Of a DNA stretch of 32,000 nucleotides, positions 1 through 8,591 are shown in pieces. The notes under the pieces were generated by a model. The model did not search any database and was not told where the DNA came from. It saw nothing but the letters and a program-made list of their open reading frames with translations. The position numbers were made by a program, and so were the translations under genes. This stretch comes from Citrobacter sedlakii NBRC 105722. GTDB lineage: Bacteria; Pseudomonadota; Gammaproteobacteria; Enterobacterales; Enterobacteriaceae. The stretch covers positions 206,744-238,743 of the forward strand of contig NZ_BBNB01000008.1 of assembly GCF_000759835.1 (NCBI RefSeq), read 5' to 3'. Positions within the stretch are counted from its first letter, which is position 1; the number at the start of each line of letters is the position of its first letter.

Positions 1-804
1 GGCCAGAGTGCCGGAGTAACCGCGAAAATCAAGGTTCGGACGGTTAACGTACTGCACCGGGAAGCGCATTGGCTGGTTGTCCACCACCCGCTGGATCTCA
101 ACGGTTTCCAGCACTTCCAGCAGCGTCGGGCCGCTGTACCACGGCATGCTCTCGCTTCGGGAAGCCACGTTGTCGCCTTCCAGCGCAGACAGCGGCACAA
201 AGCGGATATCCAGATCCCCCGGCAACTGCCCGGCAAAGTTCAGGTAATCTTCCCGAATACGCGCAAAAGTCTCTTCGCTGAAACCGACCAGATCCATTTT
301 GTTGATCGCCACGACCAGGTGCTTGATCCCCAGCAGCGTGGAAATAAAGCTATGGCGGCGGGTTTGATCCAGCACGCCTTTTCGCGCATCGATCAGCAGG
401 ATCGCCAGATCGCAGGTGGACGCGCCGGTCGCCATGTTACGGGTATACTGCTCGTGCCCAGGCGTATCGGCGATGATAAATTTGCGCTTCTCGGTGGAGA
501 AATAGCGGTACGCGACGTCAATGGTGATCCCCTGCTCGCGTTCAGCCTGTAGGCCATCCACCAACAGCGCCAGATCCAGTTTCTCGCCCTGCGTCCCGTG
601 ACGTTTGCTGTCATTATGCAGCGATGAGAGCTGATCTTCGTAAATCTGGCGAGTGTCATGCAGCAAACGACCAATCAGGGTACTTTTGCCATCATCCACG
701 CTGCCGCAGGTTAAGAAACGCAGCAGGCTTTTATGCTGTTGGGCGACCATCCAGGCTTCGACGCCGCCTTCATTGGCGATTTGTTGTGCAAGTGTGGTGT
801 TCAT
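1..804 (-). CDS. cysN: Sulfate adenylyltransferase subunit 1 (CysN), N-terminal 268 codons; the 3' part lies beyond the window start
   Basis: Open frame from ATG at 804 runs off the window edge. Translation starts [48 protein letters not shown] (GTPase P-loop) and contains [11 protein letters not shown]. Starts 9 nt after the cysD stop, as in cysDNC operons. Confidence 0.95.
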   Translation of the reverse strand, partial: MNTTLAQQIANEGGVEAWMVAQQHKSLLRFLTCGSVDDGKSTLIGRLLHDTRQIYEDQLSSLHNDSKRHGTQGEKLDLALLVDGLQAEREQGITIDVAYRYFSTEKRKFIIADTPGHEQYTRNMATGASTCDLAILLIDARKGVLDQTRRHSFISTLLGIKHLVVAINKMDLVGFSEETFARIREDYLNFAGQLPGDLDIRFVPLSALEGDNVASRSESMPWYSGPTLLEVLETVEIQRVVDNQPMRFPVQYVNRPNLDFRGYSGTLA

Positions 805-813
805 GGCGGCTCC

Positions 814-1722
814 TTAGAAATACCCCTGACGTTTCTTCAGCTCCATAGAGCCTGCCTGGTCGCGGTCGATGACCCGCCCCTGACGTTCGCTGGTGGTCGA
901 AACCAGCATCTCTTCAATAATTTCCGGTAATGTCCGGGCGTTCGATTCAACCGCGCCGGTCAGCGGCCAGCAGCCGAGGGTGCGGAAGCGCACCATCCGT
1001 TTTTTGATCATTTCCCCCGGTTGCAGGTCAATGCGATCGTCGTCGATCATCATCAGCATGCCGTCGCGCTCCAGCACCGGACGCTCAGCCGCCAGATACA
1101 GCGGGACAATCTCGATGTTTTCCAGCCAGATGTACTGCCAGATATCCTGTTCCGTCCAGTTAGAAAGCGGGAAGACGCGGATGCTCTCGCCTTTGTTAAT
1201 CTGTCCGTTATAGTTGTGCCACAGTTCCGGGCGTTGGTTTTTGGGATCCCAGCGATGAAAACGGTCGCGGAAAGAGTAAATGCGCTCTTTAGCGCGAGAC
1301 TTTTCTTCGTCACGACGCGCGCCGCCGAACGCAGCGTCAAACCCGTACTTGTTCAATGCCTGCTTCAAGCCTTCGGTTTTCATGATGTCGGTATGTTTGG
1401 CGCTGCCGTGGACAAACGGGTTAATGCCCATCGCTACCCCTTCCGGGTTTTTATGCACCAGCAACTCGCAACCGTAAGCTTTCGCGGTACGGTCGCGGAA
1501 TTCGTACATTTCGCGGAACTTCCAACCGGTGTCGACGTGCAGCAGCGGAAACGGCAGCGTTCCCGGGTAAAACGCCTTACGCGCCAAATGCAGCATGACG
1601 CTGGAGTCTTTACCAATAGAATAGAGCATTACCGGGTTGGAGAATTCTGCCGCCACCTCGCGAATAATATGGATGCTTTCCGCTTCCAGCTGTCGCAGGT
1701 GGGTGAGTCGTTTTTGGTCCAT
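814..1722 (-). CDS. cysD: Sulfate adenylyltransferase subunit 2 (CysD)
   Basis: 302-aa [30 protein letters not shown]... with PP-loop SIGKDSS. Near-identical to the remembered E. coli CysD over its full length. Confidence 0.97.
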   Translation of the reverse strand: MDQKRLTHLRQLEAESIHIIREVAAEFSNPVMLYSIGKDSSVMLHLARKAFYPGTLPFPLLHVDTGWKFREMYEFRDRTAKAYGCELLVHKNPEGVAMGINPFVHGSAKHTDIMKTEGLKQALNKYGFDAAFGGARRDEEKSRAKERIYSFRDRFHRWDPKNQRPELWHNYNGQINKGESIRVFPLSNWTEQDIWQYIWLENIEIVPLYLAAERPVLERDGMLMMIDDDRIDLQPGEMIKKRMVRFRTLGCWPLTGAVESNARTLPEIIEEMLVSTTSERQGRVIDRDQAGSMELKKRQGYF

Positions 1723-2000
1723 AGCCGTTCCTTTACAATACCGCTACTGTCGAGCGCGTCAGATAACCCGACTATAGGGAGCGCAGCAGAACGAATGAAA
1801 TTACGAATTGGAATGAGTAGTTCCTCAAAGGAATAACGATCTGGGAAAGCACATATCAAAAAGTGCTTAAGCCAGCGGTTTTTCGGGCATTTCAGAGCAA
1901 ATGAAATTGTGTTAGTCGGGCCGCGGTTTCATACTAGGCGGGTTAAAATTTTTGCTTTGTATTCAGGGCGTCTCCCTGGCAGGCTATTTAAGGACTCACT
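1723..2000. promoter_or_regulatory. Divergent cysDNC / iap promoter region (CysB-dependent cysD promoter expected here)
   Basis: 278-bp non-coding gap between divergent starts of cysD (1722) and iap (2001). Assignment rests on established cys-regulon knowledge; individual sites were not mapped by eye. Confidence 0.4.
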
Positions 2001-3038
2001 ATGTTTTCCGCAACGCGCCGTTTTGTCGCCATCCTGGCCCTCGGCGTCTGCTTTATGGCTCCCGCACAGGCGTCAGCATCGTCACCTGGCGATTTTGCGA
2101 CATTACAAACCCGGCATATTGCGACCGTCTTTCCCGGTCGAATGACGGGTTCCCCGGCTGAAATGCTTTCCGCTGACTATTTACGTCAGCAGTTTGCGCA
2201 AATGGGGTATCGCAGCGATATTCGTACCTTTAACAGCCGTTATATTTATACCGCGAAAGATAACCGCAAGAACTGGCATAACGTGACCGGTAGCACCGTG
2301 ATTGCCGCCCATGAAGGCAAAGCGCCGCAGCAAATTATTATCATGGCGCACCTGGATACCTACGCCCCGCAAAGCGACGCCGACATCGACGCGAATCTGG
2401 GCGGGTTGACCCTACAGGGCGTGGACGATAACGCCGCGGGTCTGGGCGTGATGCTCGAGCTGGCCGAACGTCTGAAAGATGTCCCCACCGAATACGGCAT
2501 TCGTTTTATCGCCACCAGCGGCGAGGAAGAAGGCAAACTCGGCGCGGAAAATCTCCTTAAGCGTATGAGCGCAGCGGAGAAGAAAAACACCCTGCTGGTG
2601 ATTAATCTCGATAACCTGATTACTGGCGATAAGCTGTACTTTAATAGCGGACAGCGCACTCCGGAAGCCGTGCGCAAATTAACCCGCGACCGGGCGCTCG
2701 CCATTGCCCGCAGTCACGGCATTGCCGCGACCACCAATCCGGGGATGAATAAGGATTACCCGAAAGGCACCGGCTGTTGTAACGATGCGGAAGTGTTCGA
2801 CAGAGCCGGAATTGCGGTGCTTTCCGTTGAGGCCACGAACTGGAACCTCGGTAAAAAAGACGGGTATCAGCAGCGCGCGAAAACGGCGTCCTTCCCGGCA
2901 GGCAACAGCTGGCACGACGTTCGCCTGGATAACCAGCAGCATATCGATAAAGCGCTTCCCGGACGCATTGAGCGCCGCAACCGGGACGTGATGCGTATCA
3001 TGCTGCCGCTGGTGAAAGAGCTGGCGAAAGCGTCTTAA
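2001..3038 (+). CDS. iap: Alkaline phosphatase isozyme conversion aminopeptidase (M28 family)
   Basis: 345-aa ORF with signal peptide MFSATRRFVAILALGVCFMAPAQASA. Contains motifs MAHLDTY, DDNAAG and SGEEEGKLGAE. Colinear with the remembered E. coli Iap. Confidence 0.92.
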   Translation: MFSATRRFVAILALGVCFMAPAQASASSPGDFATLQTRHIATVFPGRMTGSPAEMLSADYLRQQFAQMGYRSDIRTFNSRYIYTAKDNRKNWHNVTGSTVIAAHEGKAPQQIIIMAHLDTYAPQSDADIDANLGGLTLQGVDDNAAGLGVMLELAERLKDVPTEYGIRFIATSGEEEGKLGAENLLKRMSAAEKKNTLLVINLDNLITGDKLYFNSGQRTPEAVRKLTRDRALAIARSHGIAATTNPGMNKDYPKGTGCCNDAEVFDRAGIAVLSVEATNWNLGKKDGYQQRAKTASFPAGNSWHDVRLDNQQHIDKALPGRIERRNRDVMRIMLPLVKELAKAS

Positions 3039-3052
3039 GTTTCCCATATCGC

Positions 3053-3077
3053 CTGGCCCTGACGCACGCAGGGCCAG
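3053..3077 (+). terminator. Hairpin downstream of iap (possible weak terminator or REP-like stem)
   Basis: Perfect 9-bp stem ctggccctg/cagggccag with a 7-nt loop, 15 nt after the iap stop. The trailing sequence ttgcc is not a good U-tract. Confidence 0.3.
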
Positions 3078-3348
3078 TTGCCAGTCTCCATGACCACAGA
3101 TCGCCTTCACGCAATTCTCTGGCGCCACACTAATTTTTCAGGAAATAAAACTGTTATTAAGTAGCAGGAATACGGAATTATTATTTGAAAATTTCTACCG
3201 AAATAGTCAGCGCTGTAAAATGAGAGAAGAGAAAACCCAATAATCACCTTGAAGAATCGTTATAAAACAAGCAATTTAACGCAAAGTAAATCGATGACGA
3301 GTAATGTGATGTGAAGGGTACATTTTGCCTACGGGAATAGCAAACTGC

Positions 3349-3381
3349 AAAAAGCCGGATAACGTCAACGATTTATCCGGC
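3349..3381 (-). terminator. Rho-independent terminator of the small secreted protein gene
   Basis: On the minus strand: gccggataa-(10 nt loop)-ttatccggc, a perfect 9-bp stem followed by TTTTT, about 37 nt after the stop at 3418. Confidence 0.75.
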
Positions 3382-3417
3382 CCGGAAGTAATTGCGGTAC
3401 GCGGTATAACCAGGGCG

Positions 3418-3699
3418 TTATTTGAGACCCATGGACTGTTTCATTTGAACCAGCGCCGCCGCACCTTGCTTACAGCCAGCATCCTGGTTTTCCGCCGGTA
3501 ATTCCGCAAGTTGTTTTTTAGCCTGTTCCAACTGCGGTTTCATGGCCTCCATTTGTTGTTTAGCTTGTTCGCTGGATTTTGACGCTTCAACAATTAATGT
3601 ATCAACATCGTTAAAATATTGCTGACAGGTTTCGGTGATTGCTGCAAAAGAAGCGCCGGACACCAGCGTCAGTGCCGTAGCAAAAATGATTTTTTTCAT
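3418..3699 (-). CDS. Small secreted/periplasmic alpha-helical protein, 93 aa, function unknown
   Basis: ATG preceded by gaggga SD at correct spacing. Sec signal MKKIIFATALTLVSGASFA|A. Mature 74 aa is Q/K/E/A-rich with exactly two Cys (near each end). Own terminator downstream. Confidence 0.75.
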   Translation of the reverse strand: MKKIIFATALTLVSGASFAAITETCQQYFNDVDTLIVEASKSSEQAKQQMEAMKPQLEQAKKQLAELPAENQDAGCKQGAAALVQMKQSMGLK

Positions 3700-3721
3700 C
3701 TGTTTTTCCCTCAGTGTTAAA

Positions 3722-3752
3722 ATGACGTTACTGCCTCCGGCAATAACGTCAT
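3722..3752 (-). promoter_or_regulatory. Perfect 9-bp inverted repeat in the 5' leader of the small secreted protein gene
   Basis: atgacgtta (3722-3730) and taacgtcat (3744-3752) are separated by 13 nt, 23-53 nt upstream of the ATG at 3699. Could be an RNA hairpin or an operator. Confidence 0.3.
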
Positions 3753-3905
3753 CAAGAGTAATGCAAACCAGAGGGTAAAACAGCTTCAGACATTATTTTC
3801 AGATTATTCATTTTAGTTTTCGACAAACAGATCACAGTTCGACGCCTGACGAAATTTTTAACCCTGCCCCTCAGATGAGAAGAGGCTGATAAGAAAGACT
3901 GACAT

Positions 3906-4538
3906 TTATAAAATAATCAATTCTTTCAACTTCTTACCCATCTTCCGCTCTAAGGAGTACTTTAGGTTAAAAACACTTTTGTTGCTTATTCTGACTATTT
4001 CCGCCACTTCCTGGGTGCTGTAACCGGAAAGGAGTAAATGCAGGATCTTTACTTCAAGGCCCGTCGCCCTCGTTATCTTTTGGCTCTGATTCATTGAAAC
4101 CATACGTCCGGACTTGCGCAATGCTAACGGCTTGTAGGTTCGTACAGTCAATACATCAACGATACACGTTTCCTTATGTTTCCAGTAACCGGCAAGAGGC
4201 TCCATCGTTTGATCGCTAAGCAAAATTATCTTCATCGGCACTTTTTTCAAATGATTCAGCCATGCATCGTCAGCAAATAGAGAAAGATAATAATGGGAAA
4301 AATCAACAAAAATCATCCCACCCGAATGAATATTGTAATAATTATCCTTCAGCAAGAGAGTTATTCCTTTTTCCAGTAGAAAATTCCCTATAGGCCAGAT
4401 AATATATTGACTCTCCATGCAATTGAGCATGCGCACGTTAAAAGTATCGGTCATATTACATTGCCAGGCACAGCTTTGGCATTTAATGGGGTAATCTTTA
4501 TGGTAGTTCACAATGCGTCCATTATGGAGAAATAACAT
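3906..4538 (-). CDS. LuxR/FixJ-family HTH transcriptional regulator, EcpR/MatA-like, with N-terminal Cys4 motif (paralog 1)
   Basis: 210-aa ORF. C-terminal LuxR HTH is LEVKILHLLLSGYSTQEVAEIVRISNKSVFNLKYSLERKMG. N-terminal landmarks IIWP, MIFVDF, AWLNHLKK and AGYW are colinear with the remembered E. coli EcpR/MatA. The SD for ATG 4538 is poorly spaced, so the start is less certain. Confidence 0.8.
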   Translation of the reverse strand: MLFLHNGRIVNYHKDYPIKCQSCAWQCNMTDTFNVRMLNCMESQYIIWPIGNFLLEKGITLLLKDNYYNIHSGGMIFVDFSHYYLSLFADDAWLNHLKKVPMKIILLSDQTMEPLAGYWKHKETCIVDVLTVRTYKPLALRKSGRMVSMNQSQKITRATGLEVKILHLLLSGYSTQEVAEIVRISNKSVFNLKYSLERKMGKKLKELIIL

Positions 4539-5038
4539 TCCTTATCTAAATATTATTGTTTTATTTGTTGCTATTCTAGATATATTTCATTTCTCTATTA
4601 TTATGAAAAAGATGGATTATTCTGATGCTTCGCAGAAAAGTATCTCGAGGTTATGCGATACTGATATTGCTTTTTATCCTGTTTACCAGGATTCTTTCCA
4701 GACAATTTTAGGATTATTGCTTGCGATGGCGCGGGTTTATGTAAAGGTAAATAGCACAAAATGTTAAATGTGTTTCACAAAATGCTTCGAAAATGAAAGC
4801 AGCTCTCGCTCTGTGTGGGGAAAAACACCTGGCATCACAAAGTATCATTGCTTTTTCGTTTCCACTTTTTTAACTTTTAGGCGATCGGGTGCTTAACGGG
4901 AAACGGGCTTTTCTTAAATTTCCGCTATTTTCTGTATGTCAACGTAAATATATTTCGATAAAGAAATATGTTTACTGTTTGTTCATGCTCGCTTCATTAT
5001 GGTTCTCTTCGATAATAAATTAATTGTGAAGGTACATT

Positions 5039-5674
5039 TTGAAAATAAAAGAAATACCCGATATCACTCACTGTGTAGGTTGTGGGTTACATTGTCCAAC
5101 CAGCGATCAAAAAACCATTTGGGCTGTACTTTGTGAAAATAAAAAAATAATCATATGGCCTGAGGACAACTATTTTTTCTCGGCATCACTGCATCATTTA
5201 GTCTTCAGAAAATACGCGTGCAAATTACCAAGGGGCGTTATCTTTGTTGATTTTTGCATTGAGAATCTGCCATTGTTCATCGACATTGCCTGGCTGGAAA
5301 AACTTAAAAATTTTGAGATGAGCATTGTACTGGTCACCGACCGGTCAATGAAGTCAATGGCCAGGTACTGGTTCAACAGAAGAAAAGAGATTATTGCTAT
5401 ACTGGTGGCAGGCAACGAACGCGCCTCCTTTATGAAGGACGCAGAAGATATCTTACGCGGAAAAAAGGTCAAACCTAAAGGTATTGTTGAAATAACAGAA
5501 AATGAAATGCAAGTTTTAAGGATGTTTGGAAGTGGGCACTCAACGTCTTTCATCGCACAAAAACTCAACTGTTCTGTTAAGAGTGTTTATAATTACCAAT
5601 ACTCGCTGTGTAAGAAACTGGGTAATTTAAAACGCTTAGAGCAGTTACGTCTGAAACATCGGGTCAGCTGGTAA
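5039..5674 (+). CDS. LuxR/FixJ-family HTH transcriptional regulator, EcpR/MatA-like, with N-terminal Cys4 motif (paralog 2)
   Basis: 211-aa ORF with a TTG start 6 nt after the gaagg SD; there is no in-frame ATG until codon 94. HTH is EMQVLRMFGSGHSTSFIAQKLNCSVKSVYNYQYSLCKKLG. Gap-free colinearity with paralog 1 through IIWP, VIFVDF, AWLEKLK and ARYW. Confidence 0.78.
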   Translation: MKIKEIPDITHCVGCGLHCPTSDQKTIWAVLCENKKIIIWPEDNYFFSASLHHLVFRKYACKLPRGVIFVDFCIENLPLFIDIAWLEKLKNFEMSIVLVTDRSMKSMARYWFNRRKEIIAILVAGNERASFMKDAEDILRGKKVKPKGIVEITENEMQVLRMFGSGHSTSFIAQKLNCSVKSVYNYQYSLCKKLGNLKRLEQLRLKHRVSW

Positions 5675-5702
5675 ACAAACCGGCACAACGTACCGGTTTG
5701 TT
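5674..5702. terminator. Bidirectional hairpin between convergent regulator and autotransporter genes
   Basis: aacaaaccgg (5674-5683) pairs with ccggtttgtt (5693-5702), a perfect 10-bp stem. T-rich flanks on both strands. Lies between the stops at 5674 and 5727. Confidence 0.55.
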
Positions 5703-5726
5703 GTTCAGAAGAGAGAACATGGATGA

Positions 5727-8339
5727 TTAGAAGCTGTAACGGAATCCAAGATTCGCCTGAACAGGGTCTTCTTGCTTATTCCCTTTTGCATAATCAAGTT
5801 CGGCAAACAGTGAAAGCTCCTTGTTGAAGGACGCACTTACCCCGATACCCGCTTTTCCCAGGTCACCGGAAAGATTGGTGGTAAACGTATTGCGCTGGTT
5901 AATTGTCGTACTGTTGTTGTCGACATATTCATGCACCCACGCCGCTTTGAAATACGGTGTAATAGATGTCCCTTTGTTTAGCAAGAAAGTGCGTCCAAGA
6001 TTAAAACCAGCTTCTGTGGTCAGCGAATCCTGATCGTCAATGCTGCCTTTCATGCCATTATTCAGTTTGATATCCTGACCTTTAACCTGAATTGCGGCAA
6101 CCTTTGCATACGGCTCAAACCAAAAATGGTTCTGGAAATGGATGCTCTTACCCACTTCGATCGCTGCGCCCAGAGCATGTTGACTGTAATCGGCCGAAAT
6201 ACCGCTTCCATTTGTCGATACTGCATTTAAAGCGTTATCAAAATGGTTGTACTTCAGTATGCCATCAACATACCATCCCTCGTTGTGAAACCAGGTGGCC
6301 TGTGCGCCAATGCTAAGGCTATCAATACGGCTTACGCCCCCTCGCGCATGCTTCACCTTACCGCTGTTATAGCTTGTAAACAGACCAACACGTGTTTTGG
6401 CGCCTTCGGTTGCCATTATTTGGTCAACGCCTAACTCTATTCCTGATTGTTCAAGTTTAAAGTCAGTATGCCCGCTGTCGATATTTGAGTTTCCACCCGT
6501 GAAACGCATCCATGCGCCATTGTCACCTTCCGTTTTCTCCGCCAGGCCTTGCCGGAAGCGTAAATTCTGCATCTCGTTTTTAAACATGATAACGGGCGCC
6601 GCTGACATAGAAAGCACAGCATCCGTCGCGGGCGTGGTTTTCGGCTTGTCCGTGATGGACGGAATTTCCTGACCCGGATCAGGTGTAGGTTCGACAGGTG
6701 TCGGGGTTTCTTCGCCCGGTTCAGGAGTCGGAGTTTCTTCTCCCGGTTCTGGCTCCGGAATTTCGACTACAGGCTCTTTTTCTGCTGCCAGATACCAAAT
6801 TTTACCGGTGTCTTCATCTCTTTCATAAAGCGAATACATGTAAGTACCGCCGTCAATGGCATTAATATTGGTACCGGCGAGCGTGGCAAGGCTAAAACTC
6901 GCTCCACCGCTTGCATCGGAAATAATATCAAGGCTGCGTCTATCCGGCTCTGTGATCTCCGCACCTGAATCGGCTACGGTAACGTTATGGTTGCCGGTAC
7001 CCGTGGTGATGTTCAGGTAGTCCCCTTTGCCGCCTTCTAAAGAGGTATTGAAGTAAAAATGTAAATTGCCAGACAGTGAGTCAACATTCAGTCTGGAGTA
7101 AATAGCCGCACCGCTGGTGGCATCGCTGCCAGTGTAATACCTGACATTACCTTGTCCAGACAAGGCACCTACGGTTGCCGCGTCACTGTCACTGCTGTTG
7201 GCAATAATCAACAATGTTGAATCGCTGCCATTCAGCGCTACGTTATCTGCCCTCGCCCCGCCATCAGCGGATGTCGAAAGCTGCAATTGCCCCCGGTCAT
7301 TAACCTGCGTTGCTCCTGTCATTGTTGCGCTATTCGCCAACCAGGATTTCGCGCTGCCGTTAATGGTGACATTTTCCGTGGTCGCATTACCATACACCGT
7401 CTGTATCGCCGCATCGTTCAGCGTCACATTATTCGCTGCAGAGCCAGCGTAAATAGTCTGTACGGCATTATCATTCAGGGTAACGATGTTAGCCGTACCG
7501 CCCTGTTGTAATACCTGCGCCCCGGTACCAAACAACGTCGTATTATTGGCGACGCCGGCAATGGCTGATGTATCCGAACCGTTGATAAACAAGTACTGAA
7601 TGCCACCGCTTTTGATGGTTGTATCATTCACTACGCCGCTGTTATAGACATATTGACGTCCATCTTCATTGATGGTCGCGCTATTTGCGATACCCGATAA
7701 GGTCACATACTGGATGCCGCCGTTAATCTGCGCATTACTGGAGACTCCAGACTGCTGAGCATATTCGTAGCCGCCTTGATCAATAACGGTACCGCTGCTG
7801 CTGCCACCTTCGTAGACAAATAATTTCCCGCCATCACTGACGTTATTATCTATGGCTTTACCAGTACTCCCGGTGTTTCCACTGTTAGAAACATAAGCGG
7901 TCCCCCCTTCCAGATGAGAATTTTGCAGCGTGCCACCATCATATACGCGTACTAAGCCGCCACTTTTAATTTTTATATTGGATGCGGTAGCGGGTACTGT
8001 ACTATCAAAACCACCATTCGCTATTTTTGAGACCTGCGTGATGTAAACTTCGGCGCCCGAGTTGACGATAGAATCTTCCATAAAACCGAGCACACTCATC
8101 AGGCTACCGCTCAACATATTGACGTTCATTGCCGTGCCAGCGTAGCCATTAACCCCTCCATAGTTATATGCGCCAATTTCGATGCAGCGATTTGCGTCAA
8201 GATCGCCAGTCACCGTTGCAGAGCCGCCATACGATACGCTGGTGCGGCTACCGCAAAATGTCGCGGCAAAGGAAGATTGCGATAATGATATCGCCGTCAG
8301 AAATGCAAGTGTCGTCAGTTGTGTTTTAAGCTTCATCAT
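5727..8339 (-). CDS. AIDA-I/Ag43-type autotransporter adhesin (type Va secretion)
   Basis: 870 aa with signal peptide MMKLKTQLTTLAFLTAISLSQSSFA|A. The passenger is made of degenerate about 19-aa G-G-x-x-y-V/N-x-T-I beta-helix repeats. A Pro-rich linker (PEPEPGEETPTPEPGEETPTPVEPTPDPG) follows. The C-terminal beta-barrel ends in the canonical LGFRYSF. Confidence 0.92.
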   Translation of the reverse strand: MMKLKTQLTTLAFLTAISLSQSSFAATFCGSRTSVSYGGSATVTGDLDANRCIEIGAYNYGGVNGYAGTAMNVNMLSGSLMSVLGFMEDSIVNSGAEVYITQVSKIANGGFDSTVPATASNIKIKSGGLVRVYDGGTLQNSHLEGGTAYVSNSGNTGSTGKAIDNNVSDGGKLFVYEGGSSSGTVIDQGGYEYAQQSGVSSNAQINGGIQYVTLSGIANSATINEDGRQYVYNSGVVNDTTIKSGGIQYLFINGSDTSAIAGVANNTTLFGTGAQVLQQGGTANIVTLNDNAVQTIYAGSAANNVTLNDAAIQTVYGNATTENVTINGSAKSWLANSATMTGATQVNDRGQLQLSTSADGGARADNVALNGSDSTLLIIANSSDSDAATVGALSGQGNVRYYTGSDATSGAAIYSRLNVDSLSGNLHFYFNTSLEGGKGDYLNITTGTGNHNVTVADSGAEITEPDRRSLDIISDASGGASFSLATLAGTNINAIDGGTYMYSLYERDEDTGKIWYLAAEKEPVVEIPEPEPGEETPTPEPGEETPTPVEPTPDPGQEIPSITDKPKTTPATDAVLSMSAAPVIMFKNEMQNLRFRQGLAEKTEGDNGAWMRFTGGNSNIDSGHTDFKLEQSGIELGVDQIMATEGAKTRVGLFTSYNSGKVKHARGGVSRIDSLSIGAQATWFHNEGWYVDGILKYNHFDNALNAVSTNGSGISADYSQHALGAAIEVGKSIHFQNHFWFEPYAKVAAIQVKGQDIKLNNGMKGSIDDQDSLTTEAGFNLGRTFLLNKGTSITPYFKAAWVHEYVDNNSTTINQRNTFTTNLSGDLGKAGIGVSASFNKELSLFAELDYAKGNKQEDPVQANLGFRYSF
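6696..6749 (-). repeat. Imperfect 27-bp tandem duplication encoding the EPGEETPTP linker repeat of the autotransporter
   Basis: 6696-6722 versus 6723-6749 differ at 4 positions. The duplication is in-frame (9 codons each). Confidence 0.7.
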
Positions 8340-8591
8340 TTAATACCATGCGTGTGATACAGATAAAAATAAAAAAAACGCCCCTCTTGCGTAAAATACT
8401 TGGGGATTTTTAGCGGGTGATAGCGGGAGGGAAATAAAATGATGCGACTGATACATTAAAAAAATCAGCAGGTTGGAGTTCCTTCCTATATATACCGTCC
8501 CTTAATTGCTATGGTATGGAAAAGAATAAAACTAAGCAAGATGGTGATATAATTACGAAACGTGATTTTTAATGGAAAAATCCTAACCAAA

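Noticed and set aside
1021-1836. 271-aa plus-strand ORF
   Set aside because: It lies entirely antisense to cysD, whose frame has full-length homology. It has no SD and a low-complexity Arg/Val/Ala-rich translation typical of mirror ORFs in GC-rich genes.
4513-4767. 84-aa plus-strand ORF in the regulator intergenic region
   Set aside because: It sits in extremely AT-rich DNA and overlaps the 5' end of regulator paralog 1. It has no SD and a hydrophobic low-complexity translation, so it is most likely chance. A small leader peptide cannot be excluded without expression data.
3311-5041. Near-identical 16/17-nt motif gtgaag(g)gtacattttg at 3311-3327 and 5026-5041
   Set aside because: The second copy contains the SD and TTG start of regulator paralog 2. 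The first could be the vestige of another paralog's start. However, a single 16-mer match with an indel within 32 kb of AT-rich DNA is within chance expectation, and no homologous ORF follows the first copy.
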